Below are positions 44,848 to 55,398 of a stretch of 64,000 nt of DNA, piece by piece (within the stretch, counting starts at the first letter, position 1; each line of letters opens with the position of its first letter). The DNA comes from Candidatus Cloacimonadales bacterium. GTDB lineage: Bacteria > Cloacimonadota > Cloacimonadia > Cloacimonadales > JAIOQZ01. The stretch spans positions 672,001 through 736,000 of the forward strand of contig OY762463.1 of assembly GCA_963665815.1 (NCBI GenBank). Direction: 5' to 3'. The notes below the pieces were generated by a model. It saw only the letters and a program-made list of their open reading frames with translations, did no database searches and was not told where the DNA came from. The position numbers and the translations under genes are program-made.

Positions 44848-46383
44848 ATGAACGACTTTCTCAAAGATTTGGGAATTAGGAACGTAAACTACGGAGCAAC
44901 TACAGGCTCTACCAATGGCTGGCTTAAAACAAGTGGAAGTGAATTGATATCATATTCACCAATTGACGGAAAACCTATTGCGGCAATAATCCAGGCTACC
45001 GAAGATGATTACGAAAAAGTAATGATTAAGGCAGTGAAAGCTTTCAAGAAGTGGAGAATGATGCCGGCACCACATAGAGGTGAGATTGTTCGGGAAATAG
45101 GTGAACAGCTCAGAAAATACAAAGAACCATTAGGTAAACTTATAACTCTTGAAATGGGTAAAATCGTCAATGAAGGTATAGGTGAGGTACAGGAAATGAT
45201 TGATATTGCAGATTTTGCCGTTGGGCTATCCAGACAGCTCTATGGAAACACCATGCACAGTGAAAGACCATATCACAGAATGTATGAACAATGGCATCCT
45301 CTTGGAGTAGTAGGAGTTATTACAGCTTTCAACTTCCCGGCTGCTGTCTGGTCATGGAATTGTCTTATTGCCGCTGTATGCGGAGATGTTAACCTGCTTA
45401 AGCCTTCTTCCAAAACTCCACTCACAGCTATTGCGATACACAATATCATAGCTCCGGTTGTGGACAAATATGGAATTGATGGAGTATTCAATCTGGTGAT
45501 TGGAAAAGGTAGTGTTATCGGCGAAAAAATCAACAACGACAGAAGAATTCCACTTGTCAGCGCAACGGGTAGCTGTAATATGGGAAGAAGAATCGGTCAG
45601 GCTGTAGCAAAGAGACTAGGTAGAACTATCCTTGAACTTGGCGGTAACAATGCAGTAATTGTTAGCGGGGATGCAGATATTAAAATGGCTGTGAGAGCTG
45701 TTCTGTTCGGTGCCGTTGGTACTGCAGGACAAAGGTGCACATCAACCAGAAGGATTATTCTTCATGAATCGCTGAAAGAAGAATTTCTGGAAAGACTCAT
45801 CAATGGGTACAAACAGATTAGAATAGGTAATCCACTTGAGGAAAACACACTTATGGGTCCACTTGTTGATGAATCGGCAGTTAATGATATGATGAATGCA
45901 ATCAAGAATATCAAAAAAGAAGGAGGGGATATTATTTATGGAGGTGGAAAATACAAGCTTAAAGGCTATGAAAAAGGAAGTTATGTTGAACCGACAATAG
46001 TCATAGCTGATAAAGATTTACCTATGATGAAAGAAGAGACTTTCGCTCCGATTCTATATATAACTACATTCAGGGATTTCAACGAAGCAATTGCAATCCA
46101 GAATAGTGTTGATCAGGGACTCTCATCATCAGTATTTACAACAAACATGAGATCTATGGAGCAGTTTCTCTCTCACGAAGGCTCTGACTGCGGTATAGCT
46201 AATGTAAACCTCGGAACAAACGGAGCTGAGATTGGTGGAGCATTTGGAGGAGAAAAAGATACTGGTGGAGGAAGAGAAGCCGGATCTGACTCGTGGAAAG
46301 CATACATGCGCAGACAGACAAACACTATTAACTGGGGTACAGCTTTACCGCTAGCACAGGGAATAAATTTCATAATAGACTAA
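44848..46383 (+). CDS. NAD-dependent aldehyde dehydrogenase, ALDH7/piperideine-6-carboxylate dehydrogenase type
   Basis: AFNFP, ELGGNN, AGQRCT, EETFAP and the ALDH7-type EIGGAFGGEKDTGGGREAGSDSWK; GGAGG RBS before ATG 44848. Confidence 0.9.
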   Translation: MNDFLKDLGIRNVNYGATTGSTNGWLKTSGSELISYSPIDGKPIAAIIQATEDDYEKVMIKAVKAFKKWRMMPAPHRGEIVREIGEQLRKYKEPLGKLITLEMGKIVNEGIGEVQEMIDIADFAVGLSRQLYGNTMHSERPYHRMYEQWHPLGVVGVITAFNFPAAVWSWNCLIAAVCGDVNLLKPSSKTPLTAIAIHNIIAPVVDKYGIDGVFNLVIGKGSVIGEKINNDRRIPLVSATGSCNMGRRIGQAVAKRLGRTILELGGNNAVIVSGDADIKMAVRAVLFGAVGTAGQRCTSTRRIILHESLKEEFLERLINGYKQIRIGNPLEENTLMGPLVDESAVNDMMNAIKNIKKEGGDIIYGGGKYKLKGYEKGSYVEPTIVIADKDLPMMKEETFAPILYITTFRDFNEAIAIQNSVDQGLSSSVFTTNMRSMEQFLSHEGSDCGIANVNLGTNGAEIGGAFGGEKDTGGGREAGSDSWKAYMRRQTNTINWGTALPLAQGINFIID

Positions 46384-46389
46384 TAGATA

Positions 46390-46423
46390 AAAAACAGGCT
46401 GTCATTGCTGATAGCCTGTTTTT
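46390..46423. terminator. Bidirectional intrinsic terminator
   Basis: AAAAACAGGCTGTCA-ttgc-TGATAGCCTGTTTTT between convergent genes. Confidence 0.85.
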
Positions 46424-46446
46424 CAAATTTTGAGGGTGAATCCAAA

Positions 46447-48231
46447 CTACTTGTAATGCAGTTTCAATATGTCACCATGATTAACTTCTGAAAGAGTAAC
46501 AATATATTTATCTTCAACCTTTTTTATAGAATATCCACTTTTGAACACAATTTTTTCTGGTTTGTTGTCCAGAGTGAAACTCAGGTTTTTTATTTTTCGT
46601 CTTTTAGTCTGACTGAATGAGATTTCTGAACTTCTTTTTTCATCCTTAATAATTACGGTTAAATCAAAGAGCTGATTCCATCGTTGTGATATCATTTTTA
46701 GATTTGCAATCCAGCTACCATCATTTTCTGCTCTATCAACTGCATTTTCTAGTACCTTCAAGGTTTTATCATTGTATCCGGAATATGCAGGATGTGCAAT
46801 AATTGTCATCAGTCCTTTATTCGGTCTAATAGCTCTATTCCAGAGACTTTTGAGATAAGTATCATATTTTGAAATATCTGAATCAAGTTTACTGCCTGTA
46901 TTACTGTTAGAATCAAGTGCTTTCAAATAATACCAGTCATCATGTAAATTCTGAGAAATCTCAAGTAAATCCAGTGAAAGATAGTATTTTTCATGAAAAA
47001 CAGGAACATTATAAGGATATACAGATCCTCGATAGTATTCAATGTGATTGACTCCAATACTTGAATCATACATATAGCCCATTTCCTGAAGAGCAAGCAT
47101 TCCGAAAAAACTGTTATTTGTGTTTGGAAATCTAAAGCCATCCGGGTGAATATCCATCTTGCTTTCAGAGGTCAGAAGTTCACTCATAGTTCCAGCATAA
47201 TTCAGTGTTCTGTAATCAACTCTGTTTCGAGAGTTTGATGCAATCTCAAGTAAGTCATTACTTCTGATTACCTTGACGATTTCTTTATCTATTTCAGCAT
47301 TTAAAAAAAAAGTAGCAGGCAGTTTTCTTTTTTTCAGAAATCTTAGTACTCTACTATACTGTTGCTGATTACCATTTGCATTAAAGCTTAAACACAAAGC
47401 AGATTCTGCACCTTTTTCCCAAACATTCATTCTGAGTTTATGATAGTTTTCACCTACAGCAAGGTCATAAATAAACTCATAGAAATTTGCTATTTCTTTA
47501 GAATTCGAGAATCCATTATCAATCGCTGGGTGGATCATACTGAAATTACCAAGCAGTACTGCTTTCCCTTGATGAAAGCTGTTAACTGTTAATGCAGGAT
47601 AAACGCTTTCCTCTTTTTTCCATTCAGCAATCGTACTCATTTTTGATGAAATCCTTTTAGTAATTACAGGTGTCCATTCATCTTTAGAAAAAGCTTCAAC
47701 TATCTCACCTTTCCAGATACCCTGCCCAATAATTGAATACCCCTTCATATTGAGTTCCTTAAGCTCTACACCAAAGCACTCAGACATCAACCAATTGCTT
47801 TTGCTGAACTTTCCCTCTGCATCGATTCTATCTTGCCCGTCCAGTTTATTTCTTCCAATATACACATCACTAACAAGCGTACCACCATTCTTAACCCAGT
47901 TCAGTAAATTCTGCATTTCAAAATCACTCAGATAAGAAAGCGAATACTGTCTGTCCCCATCATGGTAACCGTATGTAGTTGGAGCGATTATTATTGAGTA
48001 TTGCTGCATTTCCGAAGCATTATGCAGAATTTTACGATTTTCAATTCTCACAACTGATCCCAGTTTTGCAAATACTTCATTTGCAATAACCAGTCCATCT
48101 GATATTGTGCCACGACCATCTCCATCTCCTGTAGACAAGAACAGCACTTTGGGTAATTGGTACTCCAGTGTGGTTAAATTACTCAGAATGAGGAGTGCAA
48201 AAACTATAAATAAAACTCTCTGATTTTTCAT
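46447..48231 (-). CDS. Exported protein: class-I GATase/beta-gal-trimerisation-like domain plus degenerate CE4 deacetylase-like domain
   Basis: Signal peptide; NodB-like fold segments (PATFFL, GFRFP, YDSS, HP) with the catalytic D/H residues replaced. Confidence 0.65.
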   Translation of the reverse strand: MKNQRVLFIVFALLILSNLTTLEYQLPKVLFLSTGDGDGRGTISDGLVIANEVFAKLGSVVRIENRKILHNASEMQQYSIIIAPTTYGYHDGDRQYSLSYLSDFEMQNLLNWVKNGGTLVSDVYIGRNKLDGQDRIDAEGKFSKSNWLMSECFGVELKELNMKGYSIIGQGIWKGEIVEAFSKDEWTPVITKRISSKMSTIAEWKKEESVYPALTVNSFHQGKAVLLGNFSMIHPAIDNGFSNSKEIANFYEFIYDLAVGENYHKLRMNVWEKGAESALCLSFNANGNQQQYSRVLRFLKKRKLPATFFLNAEIDKEIVKVIRSNDLLEIASNSRNRVDYRTLNYAGTMSELLTSESKMDIHPDGFRFPNTNNSFFGMLALQEMGYMYDSSIGVNHIEYYRGSVYPYNVPVFHEKYYLSLDLLEISQNLHDDWYYLKALDSNSNTGSKLDSDISKYDTYLKSLWNRAIRPNKGLMTIIAHPAYSGYNDKTLKVLENAVDRAENDGSWIANLKMISQRWNQLFDLTVIIKDEKRSSEISFSQTKRRKIKNLSFTLDNKPEKIVFKSGYSIKKVEDKYIVTLSEVNHGDILKLHYK

Positions 48232-51200
48232 TTTATCCTCTCGATTATAATTTTCTTGTTAACAGCAGCAGAAAAAACAATCTCATTATTTCGAACATTA
48301 TAAACTCCATCACTGCTGCTGTTTGATACTTTTACAATTTTCCAGTCTGTCTTGAATGTTACAGATAAAGGTTGATCATATACTAAAGGATTAAGTTCAG
48401 AATACAATTCCACAATATATGAGTTGAAACCATTTTGAGTTTTAACTGTTGTGTTTTCCCTTTCAATAATGTATTTTCCTACTGCTGAGACAGGAGCAAT
48501 CCAGTAATCAGAATTTCTTATTAACCTAATTTGATTGTCAAAAACTCTTGGAGTTACTGAATACCGGTTATATACATTATGATAATCAAAAAGATGCATT
48601 TCTTTTGAATTCTCTGGGAAAATGTGATGATACATAAAAACAGTCCATTCACCATAATTATCTTCAATAATTTTTTGAATTTCAATTTGTGATGGATCTT
48701 TATCATTAAGAATTGTTTTACTGTTAAGATGAAGAAGGTTCTCAATGCAATTATTCTGCGAGTTGTCTCCAATTCTTCCAAACATGAATCCGCTTCTTTC
48801 AGCCGCAGAATAAATCTTTTCATCTGCAAAAGAATATGGGTATTGAATTGTATATACCTGGTCTCCAATTTTACTCTCAATCAAGTCCTTATTTTTTTTT
48901 AATTGAAAAACGATATCCTCTATTTTTTTATTCTTATCAATTCTCTTATGTAGATAACCATGGGAACTAATTTCATTTCCATATTCATGCAATTTTCTTA
49001 TCTGCTCCCAACCCATTCTTTCAATTCCAAATCCACCATCTTCAGTGGTTGTATGAGGACTTTCTGCAACCCATTCACCAACAACACCAAACGTACCGGT
49101 GATATGATATTTTTTTAGTGTCTCAAAGGCAAACTCGTACTGTCCCATTCCGGTATCATCGAATGTAACTGAAATTGCTCCTTTCTTATTTTCATACCAC
49201 TTTGCTATTTCAAACTCTTCCGTAACAGACTCTGAGTAAATGGTTTCATTGGGTTTCAGGCTGGCAAAAAGCGTTTTCAGAGTATCATATTGTGCTTTTT
49301 TCCTGACTTCATATTCAGGAATATCCCACTTGCTCCAGATATATTTGTAACTCTTTTCGTTTTCGGGAACAGTATATAATACATTGTTCTTATTATCTGT
49401 TATGTACGTATATATCTTGAAATTTTCAATCTCTGTAGTTTCGATATCCGGTGTATCAGGTTTATCATCCAGAACCTGCAGAGATGACGGATCAGAAACA
49501 TTAAGCAAATGCCATGGTAATCTTATTTCCAAAATACCTGTTTCATCGCTATAGTACCAATCGGCATTAGAGTTTTCATCCACGTTTCCACAAACCAGTT
49601 TACTCCGATTATGAATTTTCTGAGGAAACTTCTCACCAAGCAATGTTTCCCTTGCTCTGTTCGAGATAAGCTCTTGTGGAACAAATCTACCGTCGCTGTT
49701 TGACATAGATCTGTATACCGGAACATAGTCATTGTAAATATCTGAAAACACAGAATACTCATCATCTATCAAAACATAGGCAGAATCTCTGGAAGAAAGT
49801 TCAAGTAAAAATTCGATTCCTGTGGGGGCATCCTTTTTCAGCATTGCAAGATTGTGTTCACCTTTATTTTCATCATAAGTATCAATTGCAATTAATAGAT
49901 TTTTTTCATCAAATCTGAAATCATCTAATTCATACTTCAGGTAAAAGTAACTTGGATCAGCATGAGCCTGAACATTCTTCTCATCAAACTTTGAAGGTTC
50001 CTGCCAGTCATTTTTTTGACCATCAGGAATTATTGTTCTATTTTCAACTGCCAGAACACCAAAATTCTGTTCCGGGTTTTCCTTATTATGCCAATACTTC
50101 CTTCTATGTTGAGGTTGTTCAAAATCCATAACCATCCAGTTAAATTTAAACCACTCATCAATCCATTCAAACATAATTGCTCCACCACAATCAGTTTCAT
50201 GAATATTCTCTGTTAAAATTTTGTTTATGTTTGCCTGTTCAATTTCATTATGACCACCCTGATCAAAACCATAAGGAGTATAATGACTATTTCCTCTGCT
50301 TGATGGAACCCCATATTCTGCAATTATCAAAGGGATATCAGGACAAAAATCCTTTAGATCTTTGAGATATGCTTTATAATTATTCTCATCATGACGATAC
50401 TTGATATCCAGATATACATAATCCGGATAATACGGATACGCATGATAAGCAGCATAAATTCCAGATTTAGCAAACTTGGTGTTATGAAATTTCTGAAAAT
50501 CTATAGATTCAAGATCATTATCATATTCCCGGACTTTATCATTTTCAATGAATTCTGAATTATGATGCATCGGATCAAGAGGTAACCAGTTTACAAAAGA
50601 AACCGGATGCTGTGACTTATATTTAAGTGTTTCATATTTATATGTATAATCCATCATTTCCGCCAGCCATGTTTCCATTGGTGTTCCTGAAGGTACACAG
50701 ACAAAATCCCCGGAAAAACTTTTTCTCCGGTTATTCTGGTTAGTATAAGTTACACTCCTGGGCTCCCACTCTCTCCCTAACAGAAAAGCGACAGTATACT
50801 TAGATACATCAGAAACATATGTCCCAGAGGCTTTGCCCTTTAAAGGCTCAAGAACACTATTCCCATGAATTACATCAATCACATCCTTTATCTCTTTTCG
50901 GAAATCATAAGAGTAATCTTCATTCATATAGTCATGTGAGTCCGGAACTGTAGCCCAGACACCCTGCATCAGATACAAAGGCTTGTCAGAATAGATAAGA
51001 TTATAATTCGCAAAAGCTTCGTAGAAAACAGGAGGTAAGATTGTGTAAACCCTGACTACATTGGAGTTCATTTCACCTATCTGGATAAACCAATTCATGT
51101 ATAAATCAAAATCCTGAGGAAATTCTGAAGGAAATTTTCCGGGTAGAGCAGCCCCTAAATTGACTCCCTTAAGAAATATTGACTCCCATTCATTTACGCC

Positions 51201-51440
51201 TTTAACATTCTTTTTGATCTGGAAATAATCCTTCTTTATACGGAAATCAGGAGATACTTTTTCTGCAGCAGCCGAAAGTATTTTGATATCAAACTCTGGT
51301 AAGAGTTCAACCCTGACTACTGTGCTGTCTACGACAATTATCTTCTCCTGACGAATTTTGTTCTCGACTTTCATCATGAAGTACAGAATTATTGAAATCA
51401 GGATTACAAGTATTGAAATTACAAAGTATTTTGATTTCAT
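48228..51440 (-). CDS. Membrane-anchored clan-A-like glycoside hydrolase fused to a CE4 polysaccharide deacetylase
   Basis: KGVNLG, NVVRVYT, GREWE, IAEYG and FEWIDEW in the TIM-barrel part; C-terminal TFDD, SHGYLH, YPY and MYH. Confidence 0.75.
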   Translation of the reverse strand: MKSKYFVISILVILISIILYFMMKVENKIRQEKIIVVDSTVVRVELLPEFDIKILSAAAEKVSPDFRIKKDYFQIKKNVKGVNEWESIFLKGVNLGAALPGKFPSEFPQDFDLYMNWFIQIGEMNSNVVRVYTILPPVFYEAFANYNLIYSDKPLYLMQGVWATVPDSHDYMNEDYSYDFRKEIKDVIDVIHGNSVLEPLKGKASGTYVSDVSKYTVAFLLGREWEPRSVTYTNQNNRRKSFSGDFVCVPSGTPMETWLAEMMDYTYKYETLKYKSQHPVSFVNWLPLDPMHHNSEFIENDKVREYDNDLESIDFQKFHNTKFAKSGIYAAYHAYPYYPDYVYLDIKYRHDENNYKAYLKDLKDFCPDIPLIIAEYGVPSSRGNSHYTPYGFDQGGHNEIEQANINKILTENIHETDCGGAIMFEWIDEWFKFNWMVMDFEQPQHRRKYWHNKENPEQNFGVLAVENRTIIPDGQKNDWQEPSKFDEKNVQAHADPSYFYLKYELDDFRFDEKNLLIAIDTYDENKGEHNLAMLKKDAPTGIEFLLELSSRDSAYVLIDDEYSVFSDIYNDYVPVYRSMSNSDGRFVPQELISNRARETLLGEKFPQKIHNRSKLVCGNVDENSNADWYYSDETGILEIRLPWHLLNVSDPSSLQVLDDKPDTPDIETTEIENFKIYTYITDNKNNVLYTVPENEKSYKYIWSKWDIPEYEVRKKAQYDTLKTLFASLKPNETIYSESVTEEFEIAKWYENKKGAISVTFDDTGMGQYEFAFETLKKYHITGTFGVVGEWVAESPHTTTEDGGFGIERMGWEQIRKLHEYGNEISSHGYLHKRIDKNKKIEDIVFQLKKNKDLIESKIGDQVYTIQYPYSFADEKIYSAAERSGFMFGRIGDNSQNNCIENLLHLNSKTILNDKDPSQIEIQKIIEDNYGEWTVFMYHHIFPENSKEMHLFDYHNVYNRYSVTPRVFDNQIRLIRNSDYWIAPVSAVGKYIIERENTTVKTQNGFNSYIVELYSELNPLVYDQPLSVTFKTDWKIVKVSNSSSDGVYNVRNNEIVFSAAVNKKIIIERIK

Positions 51441-52984
51441 TATAAACTTCCCCCGAATACTAATGAGATATTATCACTCTTGTAATAATCATTATTAAAC
51501 TTCGATATGGATAAAGCTATCGAAAACCCGGAGAAGTTCCAACCTATCTCGTAATCATAATTACTCTCATATTCATCGTTGTTATCTTTAAAGAAACCGA
51601 AATTTCCGTAAAGATAAACATCTCGATATTCATAGAATGCAGAAACTGAAGCTCCAAAAATCTCACGATTCGAAGGTGAATAGTAAAGTGATGAATCGTA
51701 CTTGTAATCCATAAATCTGTAGTTCCCATTCAATGTCAGCTTCGGGATATTCATAAACTTATATTTCAGATTGTAACTATAATTCACAAATGGATTCTCG
51801 ACTTTGGAATACTTATTCCATATCCAGTTTTTTAAGACTTTGCCTACTTCATAGTCTGCAGTAAAACTGAGTTTCTTCCAGTCTATCTGCAGATTGTCAT
51901 GCACATATTGTTTTCTGACTCTCTTCCAGAAATAAAAATACTTTTCTCCTGAACCGATCTTATTCACAAGTTTTATATTCTTAAATCTTTCTCTAAACTC
52001 CCAGTTCATTTCCGATACAGATATAGTAGAATCGTTGATTGATCCACCTAGAATGCAAGAAAATCTGTTATTCTTAAGCATCAAATCGGTAGTTATCAAA
52101 CTTGAGTCATAATATCTCTCCACGGTAATCCGGTTTTCCTTTTTTTGAGAGTACTGCCAGTTACTGTTCAGTTTTATTTGAATGAAATCGTTAACTCTTT
52201 TGCTTACTGAGTAATTATGTTGTATAAAAGATATCTCATAATCTTCTTCTTCCTCATTTCCGAAAGAAAACTTGAGAGAGTAATCCCATATAGTTTCCCT
52301 TTTAACTTTATTGATTTCATCTTTAATCTCAGTATTTGAGGGATCAAGCAATAAAGCCTTCTCATAAAATTCCAGTGCTTTCAAAGGTTTATTGCTCCAC
52401 CATAGCATTCTTCCTATTCCTGCATAAGCTTCTGAGTAAGTGTCATCAATATCAATAATTTGTCTGTATGTTAAGATTGCGGCGTCCAGATTATTATCAT
52501 AACTATATACCTTTGCAAGTTCAAAAAGTGCTGTAACATATCCTGGCAGATACTCAAGTGCTGAGTTATAATAGTAAACTGATTTACCAAATTCTTCTGT
52601 AGCGGAGAATACACGAGCTAATCCAAGATAAGCTTCTACATCAGTTTTGTCATTAGCCAAAATCATCTGAAAAAATTTTGTTGCTTCCTGAAACTGCTCT
52701 TTATCATAGTATAGTCTTCCTAATGCAAGTCGCGCATCATAATCATTGCTGTCGAATGAGTATACTGACTTATATGCGGCAATGGCATTATCCAGTTGAT
52801 TGTTCTGTTTGTATAGAAAGCCCAAGCTTCTCCACAATTCAATGTCATTGTTACCTGAACTTTTCATTAGAACAAAAGCCTCATCCAATTTCTGTTCTTT
52901 AAGCAAATTCAGCAGATTTTCAGTCGAACTGAGAAATGAAAACAGTAATACCAGAATAATCGTTGAGATCAATTTTTTCTGCAT
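51440..52984 (-). CDS. TPR plus probable outer-membrane beta-barrel (PgaA/YaiO-like exporter)
   Basis: Signal peptide; about five TPRs (ARLALGRLY, AYLGLARV, AYAGIGRM); aromatic-rich beta-strand C-terminal half with YYSP. Confidence 0.7.
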   Translation of the reverse strand: MQKKLISTIILVLLFSFLSSTENLLNLLKEQKLDEAFVLMKSSGNNDIELWRSLGFLYKQNNQLDNAIAAYKSVYSFDSNDYDARLALGRLYYDKEQFQEATKFFQMILANDKTDVEAYLGLARVFSATEEFGKSVYYYNSALEYLPGYVTALFELAKVYSYDNNLDAAILTYRQIIDIDDTYSEAYAGIGRMLWWSNKPLKALEFYEKALLLDPSNTEIKDEINKVKRETIWDYSLKFSFGNEEEEDYEISFIQHNYSVSKRVNDFIQIKLNSNWQYSQKKENRITVERYYDSSLITTDLMLKNNRFSCILGGSINDSTISVSEMNWEFRERFKNIKLVNKIGSGEKYFYFWKRVRKQYVHDNLQIDWKKLSFTADYEVGKVLKNWIWNKYSKVENPFVNYSYNLKYKFMNIPKLTLNGNYRFMDYKYDSSLYYSPSNREIFGASVSAFYEYRDVYLYGNFGFFKDNNDEYESNYDYEIGWNFSGFSIALSISKFNNDYYKSDNISLVFGGSL

Positions 52985-53914
52985 TTAGTTGTTAACCTCA
53001 AAATTAACCAGTTGTGAATAACTGAAATTACCTGATGAATCGTAGATGACAGCTAGTACAGTATGATTACCATTAGTTAACTGGACTGTATCAATATCCA
53101 GATTGTATGGTTGAGATGTAATGTCTGTGAAGTTCTCTCCATCAACCAGTATTTCAATTGAATTGACTGCTTCATTATCTGTTGCAGAGATTCTGACTTG
53201 CATATTACCGCTATGTGAAGACCAGTTTGCAGGATGAGTTATATAGCCCACCGGAACTTCAGTATCAGGCAGCTTTACTGAAAAGTTTACAAGTGTAGAT
53301 CGTTTGTAATATCCAGTAGAATCTGTTACAATTGCGTAAAAGTTATGTTCTCCCGGAGTACTGACATCAATAGATGTTGAGTAAGGTTCCGTGTTTATCG
53401 TACTCATAAGATTGCCATCAATATAAAGTTCGACTTTATCTATTTCGATGCTGCTTTCAACATTAACCAGAGCTTCAATCTGATTGGTCTCAAATAATTC
53501 CCAGGAAACAGGTCTTACTACATCGACGATTATTTCAGATTCGATATCTGGATCTGATTCTTGTTCCCAATAGAAATTCACAAGATCAGATACTTCAATA
53601 TTTCCATCACTGTCATATGCTTTACAATGTGTTGTATAAAGTCCATCATTAAAATCAGCTTTATTGAGTTCAATCTCAAAAGGTGGTTGATAGAAAGTAT
53701 CATAGCTTTTTCCACTTAGATAAACAATTACAGAATCAAGATTTGTATCAATAACTTCAAAACTGATAGTTAAGTTTTCATCATAAATATATGCCCAGTT
53801 AGCAGGATGAGTTACTAGTAAAGTAGGTGAAGACTCTACTGGAGAAACTGTATCCTCTACATCACATCCAATGAGAAATAGAACAGCAAGTATCAAGATT
53901 AGAAATTTCTTCAT
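52985..53914 (-). CDS. Lipoprotein with three tandem Ig-like (Big) domains
   Basis: Lipobox LIGC; three ~95-aa repeats (THPANW/RPVSW ... PF/PY ... DSxG ... LVNF). Confidence 0.8.
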   Translation of the reverse strand: MKKFLILILAVLFLIGCDVEDTVSPVESSPTLLVTHPANWAYIYDENLTISFEVIDTNLDSVIVYLSGKSYDTFYQPPFEIELNKADFNDGLYTTHCKAYDSDGNIEVSDLVNFYWEQESDPDIESEIIVDVVRPVSWELFETNQIEALVNVESSIEIDKVELYIDGNLMSTINTEPYSTSIDVSTPGEHNFYAIVTDSTGYYKRSTLVNFSVKLPDTEVPVGYITHPANWSSHSGNMQVRISATDNEAVNSIEILVDGENFTDITSQPYNLDIDTVQLTNGNHTVLAVIYDSSGNFSYSQLVNFEVNN

Positions 53915-55398
53915 TTTTCCTCCGTTTTTCCAAAACCTTTTCTGGAAAATTTATACCAATTATTTTTTTTCTTTAAAAAATCAATCAATCCGATTAATTG
54001 TGCGTATATTCTGAAAGGTGAATATATAAAATCACCAATAATACTAATAAAAATAAGTTGAAGCCAGTCTGAAACGGACTTGTATCTGAGAGCTTCCTTT
54101 GAATTCAATTTATTCCTGTTGGTCCACTGCTCTATGAAGACTGTAGCCAAGCTTGTTATAACCGCTGAAACAAGAGTAGTAAAAATGATTGCCAGCAGCA
54201 TCCATGACTGATTAAAATACCCCATAAGACCGGCAATTATCAAAAACAGGAATGTAAAAATTTTAACTACAGGTGAAAATAGTTCAAAAAAAAAGTAATA
54301 TGGAAACGCCAATAGACCAATTTCCTTATATTTCGGCTCAAACAACATTGCCTTGTGTATCTTCATTGTCTCGGCCAGTCCTCTGTGCCAGCGATTTCGC
54401 TGACGTCTCAAAAAATCTGCATTGTCCGGAACCTCCGTCCAACAAACAGGATGAGGAAGAAATACAGCTCGAGCTTCTTTATTTATATCGAAAAAGTATC
54501 TCCATAGTCGTACAACAATTTCCATGTCTTCACAAACCGTCTGTTCTCCATATCCACCAATCTTTTTTATATAATCACTTTTGTTTGATTGAGTGAGAAA
54601 TCCACCTACTTCAAGTAAATCTCTTTTTTTATAAACTGAAAATGCTCCGGACATAATCAAAATCATGTTCATTTTGCTCATACTGTAACGTGCGATCATG
54701 AAAGATTTTAAATACTCAATAATCTGCCATTGCACCCAGATATTCCGAGGCAATCTGGAAGACTTAACTTCATTGTTTACAAGTTCAACACCATTGGCCA
54801 CTGCCAGCTGTCCCCCACTGACAAAAACTGATTTATCATTGATAAATGGCTGCACGGTTTGTTTTAGTGCCAGTTTATCGAGTACAGAATCGGCATCAAT
54901 AGTACATATCATACTCTTAGATGAAAAATTTATACCTACATTCACCGAATCAGCCTTTCCTCCATTCTCTTTATCAATCAGTATAAGATTCCTGAATTTC
55001 TTGATATTTCTAATTGGTTTAGCATCTATAGACTCATTACTTGTTATTTCAATATCTTTAAAATCATATTTCTTTTCCAGCACACTGCTTGTGCCATCTT
55101 TAGAACCATCATTCACTACAATTACTTCAAAATCTGGATAATCAAGAGCCAAAAGCATTCTCACGCTCTCAAGTATTGTGACTTCCTCGTTATAAGCAGG
55201 CACAACAATAGATACAGGAAATTCCCTGAAATCATCATTGCAGGAGATTTCAAGGTTCTCTTTCTTTATTGATCTCATGAAAACCAATAAAAATATCCAA
55301 TCTATAATAAAATAACTGACATAATATATGATAAGCAGATTTTCAACTATTCTTAACATTAAGACTCCAAATACAGATTCGAGCATGAAATATTCCAA
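53911..55398 (-). CDS. Processive GT2 polysaccharide synthase (PgaC/IcaA-like)
   Basis: VPAYNE, NDGSKD, GGKA, IDADS, SGAF, CED and RQRNRW (QxxRW); N- and C-terminal TM helices. The start may be ATG 55386. Confidence 0.88.
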   Translation of the reverse strand: MEYFMLESVFGVLMLRIVENLLIIYYVSYFIIDWIFLLVFMRSIKKENLEISCNDDFREFPVSIVVPAYNEEVTILESVRMLLALDYPDFEVIVVNDGSKDGTSSVLEKKYDFKDIEITSNESIDAKPIRNIKKFRNLILIDKENGGKADSVNVGINFSSKSMICTIDADSVLDKLALKQTVQPFINDKSVFVSGGQLAVANGVELVNNEVKSSRLPRNIWVQWQIIEYLKSFMIARYSMSKMNMILIMSGAFSVYKKRDLLEVGGFLTQSNKSDYIKKIGGYGEQTVCEDMEIVVRLWRYFFDINKEARAVFLPHPVCWTEVPDNADFLRRQRNRWHRGLAETMKIHKAMLFEPKYKEIGLLAFPYYFFFELFSPVVKIFTFLFLIIAGLMGYFNQSWMLLAIIFTTLVSAVITSLATVFIEQWTNRNKLNSKEALRYKSVSDWLQLIFISIIGDFIYSPFRIYAQLIGLIDFLKKKNNWYKFSRKGFGKTEEK

